IMG/VR virus record: IMGVR_UViG_3300050016_000032
Coordinates: 1 to 44,493 of that record
From: a virus
Length of the DNA stretch: 44,493 bases
Direction: 5' to 3' (one strand)
A program made the position numbers and the translations under genes. The notes under the pieces were generated by a model. The model saw only the letters and a program-made list of their open reading frames with translations, did no database searches and was not told the DNA's origin. This document shows, one piece after another, positions 34,576-42,011 of the stretch (within the stretch, counting starts at the first letter, position 1; each line of letters opens with the position of its first letter).

Positions 34576-36203
34576 GCTACCCTCCGATCGAGTGCCCGGT
34601 TTGTCGTACTCAGCTTCCGCAACGCTACGGCCAGCACTTTCTCCGCCAGCGAATTGGGGGCGACGAAAATATCAGCTTGAACGGTCTGCTTCTGCCCGCC
34701 CCGATCGAGCCTGTCAACCATTTGTTGGTTGTTGCCCGGGGTCCAGTCGGGCTCCGCGATCAGGACATGGGCGGACACGTCCTGCAAACCGTCCGTGCCG
34801 GTGCCGAGCGTCATCACGTTCCCGAGGATGATCTGCACCCGGGGGTTCCCGATGAACTCGGCCTTGGCGATGTCGTTGTGCTTCGTGGCCCCGGACTTGA
34901 AGCGCACCAGACCGTGCTTGCGCAGTTTGTTTTCAAGGATGTCCATGACCTCGATGTGCCACGCGAACACCACCAGCTTGCTCTCGCCGCCGTCGATCAG
35001 CATGGAAACGTAGTCGGCCACCTGGGGGGCCATCGCTATGCCCATCATGCGCCTGACCGTGCTGATGTCGCCCATCACGGAAATGTCCTTGCCCTCCAAC
35101 GTCTCGGGATCAATGTCGAGCAACGCTTCCGCGGCGAGCGCCTGCTTGATCGCGGCCGTCTCGTCGAGCTGGATCAGATCATACACGGGGAGTTTCAGTT
35201 GCGGCATGACCTCTCGCTTGAGGTGGCGGGTCATGAAGTTGGCGCGCAGCCGGTTCTGAAGTTCGGCGTGCCGGCCGCTGCGCTCGTCGATGTAGACTTT
35301 GGTGCGCTTCTCTACTTCGTCGTAGCGTTCGATTTTTTGCGAAGGGTTGAAGCGGTTCGAGAAACTGTCTTCCGACATCCAGTCTATAGCGTCGAAGCAC
35401 AGGCCGCGCGCTAGGGTATACGCTTCACGCGGTCGGTTGGGTAGGGGGGTCCCAGTGAGAGCCAAGATACTGCCCGCTCTGGATGCGATTGGCTCAAAAA
35501 GCGGGTTGTCACCTCCGCCAAAAACTGCACGCGTTCGTCTGGCATCAACCGACTTAAGATAATGCCCCTCGTCCAGAATGAGTAAATCATAGCGTCCTTT
35601 AGCGAGCCCTCGACCAATTGCTTCCTGTCTTGCGAGTTCATAGCTGACTATCGTCCATTGTGCGGTGGGGTGGACCCCGTGCCGACTGTGAAGGATGGGG
35701 TGGATGTAGTAGGGCCAGGGCATCATGGTCCACTCACGGATGCGTTTGACCCATTGCAGTCGGATGGAAGCTGGGCAGATGACAAGAACTCGTTTGGCAG
35801 AGATTTCATTAGCGAACGCAATTGCGATAGGAGTTTTGCCAAGGCCGGGCTCGTCTCCAACAAGGGTATTTCGTCTTCGGAGCGCATATTCGATATCCGC
35901 TTTCTGGAAGGGCCAGAGTTCCTGATCCATCGGAACCCGGATGTGGGCGCCGCTGCTCACACTACGCGAAGCCTCGATCTCTTTCAACATCGGGGACAGT
36001 TGCTCCAACGCCGCGGGTGAGGCGTACTGACCGAACGACGCCGCCGCGTAGGGTTCCTTCGTAAAAAGTATGGCTTCGGCCGCGGTCGAGCGCGGGTCGG
36101 AAATGTCCAGTCCGTGCTCACGCACCAGCATGGTCACGTCCGCCTCGCCGCGCGGCACGCGCAGCACGAAACTCGACGTGTTGGGAAACCAGTCGAGTTT
36201 CAA
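34572..36203 (-). CDS. SNF2-family helicase/ATPase
   Basis: Motif I DEPGLGKT, motif II LILDEGHYLK, and a C-terminal helicase domain (LTGTPLPN ... QQMVDRLDRGGQ). TTG start. Confidence 0.88.
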   Translation of the reverse strand: MKLDWFPNTSSFVLRVPRGEADVTMLVREHGLDISDPRSTAAEAILFTKEPYAAASFGQYASPAALEQLSPMLKEIEASRSVSSGAHIRVPMDQELWPFQKADIEYALRRRNTLVGDEPGLGKTPIAIAFANEISAKRVLVICPASIRLQWVKRIREWTMMPWPYYIHPILHSRHGVHPTAQWTIVSYELARQEAIGRGLAKGRYDLLILDEGHYLKSVDARRTRAVFGGGDNPLFEPIASRAGSILALTGTPLPNRPREAYTLARGLCFDAIDWMSEDSFSNRFNPSQKIERYDEVEKRTKVYIDERSGRHAELQNRLRANFMTRHLKREVMPQLKLPVYDLIQLDETAAIKQALAAEALLDIDPETLEGKDISVMGDISTVRRMMGIAMAPQVADYVSMLIDGGESKLVVFAWHIEVMDILENKLRKHGLVRFKSGATKHNDIAKAEFIGNPRVQIILGNVMTLGTGTDGLQDVSAHVLIAEPDWTPGNNQQMVDRLDRGGQKQTVQADIFVAPNSLAEKVLAVALRKLSTTNRALDRRVA

Positions 36204-36346
36204 TTTGGTTCTTTCGACGGTGGGCGGACTTTGCGCACCGGTTTCTTCCGGGTGCGCTCGGCGAGAATGATCTTCTGCGCTTCCACGACCCGAGCCCGAG
36301 CGTCGAGTTCACGCTGCTCCGCTTTGGTCGGAATTTTCGGTGGCAT
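36200..36346 (-). CDS. Small basic protein (48 aa), first gene of the leftward replication operon
   Basis: ATG at 36346 lies 7 nt after GGAGAA. Lys/Arg-rich. TTGA overlap with the SNF2 start. Confidence 0.45.
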   Translation of the reverse strand: MPPKIPTKAEQRELDARARVVEAQKIILAERTRKKPVRKVRPPSKEPN

Positions 36347-36428
36347 TTGACTTTCTCCAGATTGTCGGCGTACCGTACCAGCCGTCGAGAGGGAGCGCAA
36401 CATTAAATCCGCCCTGCACCTTGCCGCC

Positions 36429-38240
36429 TTGGCCTACGCCGAGGCCAGCATTCCTGTCTTTCCCTGCATCGCTGGCGGTAAGGCGCCAGCCACCGCACAC
36501 GGGTTTCAGGACGCTACCACCTCGATCGAGCAGATTGACGCCTGGTGGGGCGAGGCGGATTACAACCTCGCTCTCTGCCCCGAGAACGCGGGCTGGTGCG
36601 TCATCGACCTGGACCCGGACTGCGACGATCTCGATGTTCCCGACACATACGAAGTCAAGACCCCGCGCGGCGCCCATCTCTATTTCAAGGGCTCACTCCC
36701 ACCGACAACCGGCAAACTGGGCGAGCATATCGACACCCGCGGCGTCGGTTCCTATGTTCTGGTGCCGCCCTCGATCGTCGATGGAAAAACTTACGAGGTA
36801 TTGCATGACCGAGACATCGCAGAACTCCCAGCTTGGGTTGCTGAACGAGTTCGAAGATCGGATGAACAACATGGCAGCTCTGTGTCACAACCTGATCTTG
36901 GAACAGCACGTGCTCGCGCGCGAAGCCACCTGGCTAGTCTCGTACAGCGAGGCGATGTTGCAATCGATGGACGAGGCGGGGATACGCGAACTTTCCAACT
37001 TGCTTGCGAACTACTTAACCTGGGCGTCTCATCGGAGACTGCTCGGGAACTGTTAGAGGAAATATGGAACCCGCACTGCCTGCCGCCGTGGACTTCGGAC
37101 GAGCTGGCGGTTAAGGTTGATAACGCCGTCCGGTACGCGCAAAACGAACCGGGCGCGTGGGGTGTTGAGCCGGCAGAGACAACCTTCCGCGGTGCTCTCG
37201 ACAAGCTGGCGAAGGAAAAAAACTCGCCGGCTCAACGTTCCCGCTTTCACGCTGAAGACGAAACCGAACAGGAAGAAGGCAAAGACCCGTCATGGCTGAT
37301 AAAGGATTTGTTTCCCGAACTATCCACCATCCTGACGGTAGGACAGAGCGGATCCTACAAATCCTTTCTGATGCTGGATTTGGCGCTGTGTTTAGCAACG
37401 GGAAAATCGTGGTGCGGAAGCCAGCCATTGCAGATGGGACCAGTGTTCTATGCGGCGTCAGAAGGTCGGCACTCGCTGAAGAAGGCACGGCGTCGAGCCT
37501 GGAAGATCGCCAAAGAGTTCGATGGTGGGATACCTGACTTCTTCGTGATGCCGACGCCGATCGTGGCCTACCCGGAAGACTGCCAGGAGTTCGGCGACGA
37601 GATCGCCCGTCGCTGCGGTGACGACCGCAAGCCCGCCATCATCTTTCTGGACACCGTGGCGAAGTGCATGGCCGGGCTCAACGAGAACGACGCAGGCGAT
37701 GCCGGCCGCTTCGTCAAATTCTGTGATAGCCTTGTGGATGCCTTCGGCTGCTCCGTGGTGGCCGTGCATCACCAGTCGGACAAGGACGGGGCCAGCGTCG
37801 TGCGCGGCTCGTCAGCTCTACGCGCTGGCTTCGACAGCCTGATCCACGTCAAGGCTCATCGCGCCACCAAGGCCGTCGAGATGCGCGTATTGCAGCACAA
37901 GGACGCTGACGAGCCCGAACACCCGTGGACGTTCCAAGGCAAAGCGGTGGGGCCGTCGCTGGTATTCCAGCCAACCACACCCGACGAGCACCGGGCGCTG
38001 ACCGGCGAGGCTACCGGGCTCGATCGGAAATCAGTCGGCGCCATGCTGAAATCGTTGAACGCGATCGGGCCGAGCAATGCCGTGACCACGCATGTCCTGG
38101 CGATGTCGCTGGTGCCGGCCGGGTCGAGTGACGACCTAATTAAGACGATGACACGGAGCCTGACGACGCTCGGCCGCGGGAAACTGGAAGCCTACTGCCA
38201 GCGCCTTGGCCGCGACCTGGCCTGGTCACTACCCGCCTAG
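36429..38240 (+). CDS. Bifunctional primase-polymerase (Prim-Pol) fused to a RecA/DnaB-like (AAA_25-type) helicase domain
   Basis: Prim-Pol motifs VIDLDPD, GAHLYFK, IDTRGVGSYVLVPPS. Walker A GQSGSYKS, Walker B AIIFLDTV. The start is uncertain: the frame is open from 36351 and TTG 36429 is the first canonical start. Confidence 0.85.
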   Translation: MAYAEASIPVFPCIAGGKAPATAHGFQDATTSIEQIDAWWGEADYNLALCPENAGWCVIDLDPDCDDLDVPDTYEVKTPRGAHLYFKGSLPPTTGKLGEHIDTRGVGSYVLVPPSIVDGKTYEVLHDRDIAELPAWVAERVRRSDEQHGSSVSQPDLGTARARARSHLASLVQRGDVAIDGRGGDTRTFQLACELLNLGVSSETARELLEEIWNPHCLPPWTSDELAVKVDNAVRYAQNEPGAWGVEPAETTFRGALDKLAKEKNSPAQRSRFHAEDETEQEEGKDPSWLIKDLFPELSTILTVGQSGSYKSFLMLDLALCLATGKSWCGSQPLQMGPVFYAASEGRHSLKKARRRAWKIAKEFDGGIPDFFVMPTPIVAYPEDCQEFGDEIARRCGDDRKPAIIFLDTVAKCMAGLNENDAGDAGRFVKFCDSLVDAFGCSVVAVHHQSDKDGASVVRGSSALRAGFDSLIHVKAHRATKAVEMRVLQHKDADEPEHPWTFQGKAVGPSLVFQPTTPDEHRALTGEATGLDRKSVGAMLKSLNAIGPSNAVTTHVLAMSLVPAGSSDDLIKTMTRSLTTLGRGKLEAYCQRLGRDLAWSLPA

Positions 38241-38377
38241 CGGACGCGGAAGTGAAAGAAAACCTTGAAGCGCCACACAAGCCACGACCACAGCCATTTG
38301 CGGCCAGCGGTGGCGTTGCCCTGCAACGTGGTGCCGATGTGACCACCCTCAGCCTTGATCCCGTAGTGCTTGGGCAT
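38237..38377 (-). CDS. Possible 46-aa Trp-rich peptide (below the ORF-track cutoff)
   Basis: Hand translation gives MPKHYGIKAEGGHIGTTLQGNATAGRKWLWSWLVWRFKVFFHFRVR. Its ATG shares a base with the upstream TGA. Its stop overlaps the convergent primase stop (cTAG). Confidence 0.3.
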   Translation of the reverse strand: MPKHYGIKAEGGHIGTTLQGNATAGRKWLWSWLVWRFKVFFHFRVR

Positions 38378-38835
38378 CACGCGACCCTTTCCCACTTGGT
38401 CCCATTGTCAAAACTCAGCGTGGCGCCGATCGGTGGCGGGTTTACCATGTCGTCCGCCGGGAATGGTCCTGTTGCACGTGCAAGCGGTTTCGGAGCGTGC
38501 CAGCGCCACGGCCGGGCGAAACGCTTGACGCCGGCAATGACGACCTCGGCCTGGGGGCCACGCTCGCAGCAGTCAGCGAGCCCGCGCGTGGCGAGCGCCT
38601 TCAAAGCCTTGTAGAAACGCCTACGCGCCGTGATGCCATCGCCCTTGGCGAACTGCTCGGGCCACATCAACTCGACGATCTGATTGGTCGAGAGCGTGTC
38701 CTGCTCAAGATGCAGCCGCGCCACCGTGTCGGGGTCCGACAAACGCTCACGAACGCTTTCCTCGACGTAGGCGTAAGCGCCCTGCCAGTCGTTGTCAGCC
38801 GCCAAAGCGGTCTGTAGCCCGCGCCAATCGTTCAT
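38377..38835 (-). CDS. Hypothetical early protein (152 aa)
   Basis: ATGA coupling to the upstream gene. No family recognised. Confidence 0.6.
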   Translation of the reverse strand: MNDWRGLQTALAADNDWQGAYAYVEESVRERLSDPDTVARLHLEQDTLSTNQIVELMWPEQFAKGDGITARRRFYKALKALATRGLADCCERGPQAEVVIAGVKRFARPWRWHAPKPLARATGPFPADDMVNPPPIGATLSFDNGTKWERVA

Positions 38836-39269
38836 CCGAATGCATCCTTATGGGCTTTTTGCACGAGGTCAAAAGACAGTTCTTTGCACCGGGTGCTGTC
38901 ATCGGGCAAGAGCGCACGAACAGCCTCGTGAAACTTGAGTTCGCTCGCCAAGCCGGAAATCTGATTACGGCCACGGGAGATTGCAGCATCAAGATCAGCC
39001 GCCGTGCATTCGCCCAGTGACTTGCCATTGATGCGCCAGCGATCCCAAAGGCTGGTAGCGAAATGGCGATTACTTTCATTTGGCGTCGGGCCGCGCTTAA
39101 GCTGAATGCGAACAGCGGCTTCCGCGCGCAGTCGCAAAGTCTCCCAACCCACGTAAAGAACATGACGCATCAATTTTGGCTGCTTGACGAGCGTTACTTC
39201 CGCATCGTCAAAATCCTTGGCTTTCATCAACAGGTCACTGACCTGCATTTCAATCGGTTGAACGGGCAT
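38832..39269 (-). CDS. Hypothetical early protein (145 aa)
   Basis: ORF in the coupled operon. No family recognised. Confidence 0.6.
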   Translation of the reverse strand: MPVQPIEMQVSDLLMKAKDFDDAEVTLVKQPKLMRHVLYVGWETLRLRAEAAVRIQLKRGPTPNESNRHFATSLWDRWRINGKSLGECTAADLDAAISRGRNQISGLASELKFHEAVRALLPDDSTRCKELSFDLVQKAHKDAFG

Positions 39270-39600
39270 TATTGGCTCCTGCGTGTTCAGTCCACATTTT
39301 CATTACTTCAAACTGCGCCTCGATCGGCAGCAGCGGCATAACAAACTCCGTGAGTTTCTGTGCGAAGACCAGAGATTTTCGGTCGTACTTCAACTTTGCC
39401 GCATTTACCTTTTCTTTGTTTGCCGCCGCCCAAGCGAGCTCGCGATTTCGGCAAGCCCGATACCGTGCCGGGTCTTTCTTGATAGTTTCATGGTAGTATC
39501 TTTTGTGCGCTTCACGAACTTCTTTCAGGTGGCTCAAACGATACCTTCGAGAGGATGCCCTTTTGCTCTCAACCCCTGTCAGTCCGGTCCTCACTCTCAT
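39250..39600 (-). CDS. Hypothetical basic protein with RYR/KRYY...N.EK-type helical repeats
   Basis: 116 aa. ATGA coupling. The repeat style resembles the N-terminal regions of some phage HNH/AP2 proteins, but no nuclease motif is seen. Confidence 0.55.
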   Translation of the reverse strand: MRVRTGLTGVESKRASSRRYRLSHLKEVREAHKRYYHETIKKDPARYRACRNRELAWAAANKEKVNAAKLKYDRKSLVFAQKLTEFVMPLLPIEAQFEVMKMWTEHAGANNARSTD

Positions 39601-39896
39601 GTTGCGACCGGGAAAATGATGCCAACGGTCTGACCGGAATGCGAGGCGATGCGCGCGAGCGCGTCATTCGCCACAGTCGTTGCATCCTCCAGGCCGCGGG
39701 CAAGGTGAAGTTTCATGCGACCATAAGCAAAGGGGTCGCTGTGGTGCGCAGAGGCGTGCAGGCGAGCTGCGCGTTCGTCCAGTACCTTGTTGCGCGGCGC
39801 CACACGATAGGCGTCAGACATGCCTTGCAGGTCCGCCTTCCAGCGACGATCGAGCAAGCCGAGCAATTCCGATGGACCTTGCGGCAGATTGGTCAA
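39597..39896 (-). CDS. Hypothetical early protein (99 aa)
   Basis: TTG start overlapping the upstream TGA. Confidence 0.5.
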   Translation of the reverse strand: MTNLPQGPSELLGLLDRRWKADLQGMSDAYRVAPRNKVLDERAARLHASAHHSDPFAYGRMKLHLARGLEDATTVANDALARIASHSGQTVGIIFPVAT

Positions 39897-40138
39897 TTCC
39901 GTTCCTCCGCATCATGCATGAAGGCCGGCACCGGATTGCCCGGCTTCCACGGTTCCTGATACGTCGTCTGCGTCCGCAAACCCCGCGGAGCGGGTTTAGC
40001 CGCCGGCAGTTCCAGACGCCAGATGCGGCCAATGACGGAATTGCGCGTGCGATGCAGGTGGTCCCCAATCGCACGCCGGCTCATCTTGCGATGATTGTCC
40101 ACCAAAAATTTGTCGTCTTCCTCTGTCCATTTTTTCAC
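39893..40138 (-). CDS. GcrA-like cell-cycle regulator homologue (N-terminal DNA-binding domain type)
   Basis: KKWTEEDDKFLVDNHRKMSRRAIGDHLHRTRNSVIGRIWRLEL parallels GcrA W(T/S)xE...L...G.S...IA..LG.(S/T)RNAVIGK.HRLGL. GTG start overlapping the upstream TGA. Confidence 0.7.
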   Translation of the reverse strand: MKKWTEEDDKFLVDNHRKMSRRAIGDHLHRTRNSVIGRIWRLELPAAKPAPRGLRTQTTYQEPWKPGNPVPAFMHDAEERN

Positions 40139-40527
40139 AGCGATTTTCCTTTTGTGAAATGCAAAGCCTCGGGCAACTTGCGTTCATCCGCCACGATCCA
40201 GGCCGACAGACACGCAAACATTTCGATACGATCGGCGTCACTCAGGCCAATGTCATCGGCGAGCAACGAAAACGAATGTGTGAGAGCATCGACGTGGCCG
40301 ACGCGAACGAATGTCTTTTCCCAGTCTTCCGTCGAGGGGTCTTTACGAAAACCCGTTACCACGGAACCATCCTTTGCGATCTTGGCACGATCGGCAAGTT
40401 GGCTAGGCCAGTTGCGCAAGGGCTTGATCGCGAGAATGATTGAACCGCTTAGCGTGGTGTTGCCTTTGGTGACAACCAGCGCACGGTATTGCCAGCTCGC
40501 GGTCTGTGCTTCCCGGTCAATAATCAT
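40135..40527 (-). CDS. Hypothetical early protein (130 aa)
   Basis: ORF 40135..40698 trimmed to the ATG at 40527, because the upstream part overlaps the neighbouring gene. Confidence 0.55.
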   Translation of the reverse strand: MIIDREAQTASWQYRALVVTKGNTTLSGSIILAIKPLRNWPSQLADRAKIAKDGSVVTGFRKDPSTEDWEKTFVRVGHVDALTHSFSLLADDIGLSDADRIEMFACLSAWIVADERKLPEALHFTKGKSL

Positions 40528-40708
40528 TGCCGCCCTCCACATAGGCCCGCCAGGCGCTCGCATCGTGATCCGGGTCGCCGGCATGGGGATTGTAGTCGAA
40601 TGCCTCGCCGTGTTGCGTGGCCTTGCGGCGCTCGGCAAGGCGGCGTTCCACGCCACGCTGCCAGCGCGAGGTCTGCAACAGGTCTTCAATCGGATCATCT
40701 CCAGTCAT
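40517..40708 (-). CDS. Hypothetical early protein (63 aa)
   Basis: ATG at 40708 is preceded by AAGGGA. The alternative ATG at 40738 lies inside hairpin element A. Confidence 0.5.
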   Translation of the reverse strand: MTGDDPIEDLLQTSRWQRGVERRLAERRKATQHGEAFDYNPHAGDPDHDASAWRAYVEGGNDY

Positions 40709-40725
40709 CGCGCAATCCCTTTGGG

Positions 40726-40780
40726 GTTTAGCGTTCATTCCTTAGCACGGCCGGTTGACCATGCCAAGGCAGGAAAGCTA
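40726..40780 (-). repeat. Intergenic bipartite hairpin element, family A, copy 3
   Basis: 55 nt identical to 42562-42616. Upper stem 40740-40750 / 40759-40769. In minus-strand sense the element begins with the TAG stop of the upstream gene. Confidence 0.85.
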
Positions 40781-41512
40781 TTCCGTCAGATCAAGCCATG
40801 CGGATCCAGGTGACTTCATTGCAATCAAAATCTGCACGACGCCCTCGGCAAAAATCTCCCGAACTGCATAGGCCGCATAGGCCGCACGAGCCGCATCGGC
40901 CGCATAGGCCGCCTCGGCCGCATTGGCCGCCGCATTGGCCGCCGCATCGGCCGCCGCATCGGCCGCACGGGCCGCATAGGCCGCCGCACGGGCCGCCGCA
41001 CGGGCCGCCGCATAGGCCGCATAGGCCGCACGAGCCGCCGCATCGGCCGCATAGGCCGCACGAGCCGCCGCACGGGCCACCGCATTGGCCGCACGAGCCG
41101 CATAGGCCGCCGCATCGGCCGTTCCTTCGTGTTCGCAACGATCCGCTTCCGAAGTCAAACCCGCCAAACGCAAAGCCGGTGGCAAAATTTTTCGGATCGT
41201 AAATTCTGTGACACGTTTCGTAAACTCTACGTCGTCGAGAGTGTCGGTTCCGAGTTGAGCGATAGCAAGGCGACGCAATCCTTTGGCGCGGGCTTTATCC
41301 GACGACCACGTTTGATCGTTAAGCGTGATTTTCAGGGAACGTACCGCCTGTGAAACGCACTTGGGATTGTCCGAGTGTGGGAGGCCCAACGCATAACATA
41401 CAGCGGCCTCGACACACATTCCACCGGGCTTTTGAGTGCCTAAGCCTTTGACCAGGCCAGCATCGACGGTATCCAAAACTTTCTTTGCGATTTCTCGCGT
41501 CAGCGTTTGCAT
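40778..41512 (-). CDS. Early protein with a globular N-terminal domain and an ~85-residue Ala/Tyr/Arg/Asp/Asn low-complexity repeat
   Basis: ORF trimmed to the ATG at 41512 (SD GGAGAA). The repeat reads [83 protein letters not shown]. This is the only frame joined to non-repetitive N- and C-termini. Confidence 0.65.
   Translation of the reverse strand: MQTLTREIAKKVLDTVDAGLVKGLGTQKPGGMCVEAAVCYALGLPHSDNPKCVSQAVRSLKITLNDQTWSSDKARAKGLRRLAIAQLGTDTLDDVEFTKRVTEFTIRKILPPALRLAGLTSEADRCEHEGTADAAAYAARAANAVARAAARAAYAADAAARAAYAAYAAARAAARAAAYAARAADAAADAAANAAANAAEAAYAADAARAAYAAYAVREIFAEGVVQILIAMKSPGSAWLDLTE
40866..41120. repeat. Degenerate 9/12-nt tandem repeat, about 25 units of GCA-yrg-GCC(-GCC) on the + strand
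   Basis: Read directly. It leaves long open frames on both strands (track ORFs 40791..41138, 40798..41202, 40825..41115). Confidence 0.9.
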
Positions 41513-41535
41513 TAGTTTTTCTCCAAGTTGAGGCC

Positions 41536-41590
41536 TAGCCCTCATTCCTTGGCATGGCCAACGGGTGCCCATGCCAAGGCAGGAAAGCTA
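41536..41590 (-). repeat. Intergenic bipartite hairpin element, family A, copy 2 (variant)
   Basis: Upper stem ccttggcatgg (41547-41557) / ccatgccaagg (41569-41579) is perfectly complementary. The flanks tcattcc and caggaaagcta are shared with copies 1 and 3. It begins at the TAG stop of gene 41588..41842. Confidence 0.85.
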
Positions 41591-41842
41591 GGCCAGTAAG
41601 GTTTCAATCTCCGTCACCACGTCGGCCGGGATTGTGCGCATCAGCCAAGCGTGGCCGTATCTGTAGGGTTTGCCATTGTGTAGATAGCCCGGATCGGGAT
41701 CGAGCCCGACCGCGGCCAGTGCCGCGCTGGCTTTTTCGTAGTGGCTTTCAGGATAAACCGCCGTGACCGGGTTCAGCCTTAGCCACTCATGTTGCGCGGG
41801 TGAGCCGGCCGTCATGTCGTTAAGGTGCCACTCGCGCCACAA
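41588..41842 (-). CDS. Hypothetical early protein; annotated start (TTG 41842 or ATG 41815) may be truncated
   Basis: The frame stays open upstream to 41989 without any ATG, GTG or TTG. A 170-nt gap precedes it in an otherwise tightly packed operon. Confidence 0.5.
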   Translation of the reverse strand: MWREWHLNDMTAGSPAQHEWLRLNPVTAVYPESHYEKASAALAAVGLDPDPGYLHNGKPYRYGHAWLMRTIPADVVTEIETLLA

Positions 41843-42011
41843 GCGAAGAATGGTTTGCGCCGTCGCGTTGTCGGGAAAATATCCGGCAACGTCCTCAACA
41901 ATCTGCCCGCCGCTAACAATGTCACGCCGCGACGGTTTCCAGATACTGCCACAAACTGAAAATCGCCCGTAATCTTTTTCACTTTTTTCTCATCCCTTCA
42001 GGGTTCGAGGT

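Noticed and set aside
36340-37056. 238-aa + strand ORF in an alternative frame over the start of the primase gene, and 3332..3841 over the endolysin C-terminus
   Set aside because: The overlapping frames carry clear Prim-Pol and GH19 motifs. The alternative frames are Pro/Ser/Arg-rich with no motifs.
39680-40813. 377-aa + strand ORF spanning several early minus-strand genes, and 30911..31849 (+) antisense to the SSB gene
   Set aside because: Each runs antisense to a chain of translationally coupled genes that have good RBSs and, in two cases, recognisable families (GcrA-like, DUF2815). Composition is Arg/Pro/Ser-rich.
40791-41202. Alternative frames through the 9/12-nt repeat (His/Pro/Arg-rich + strand ORF 40798..41202; Cys/Gly-rich and Arg/Pro/Met-rich minus-strand ORFs)
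   Set aside because: They are open only because the repeat lacks stops. None connects to a non-repetitive domain or an RBS, unlike the Ala/Tyr frame that starts at 41512. Translation of another frame cannot be fully excluded without proteomics.
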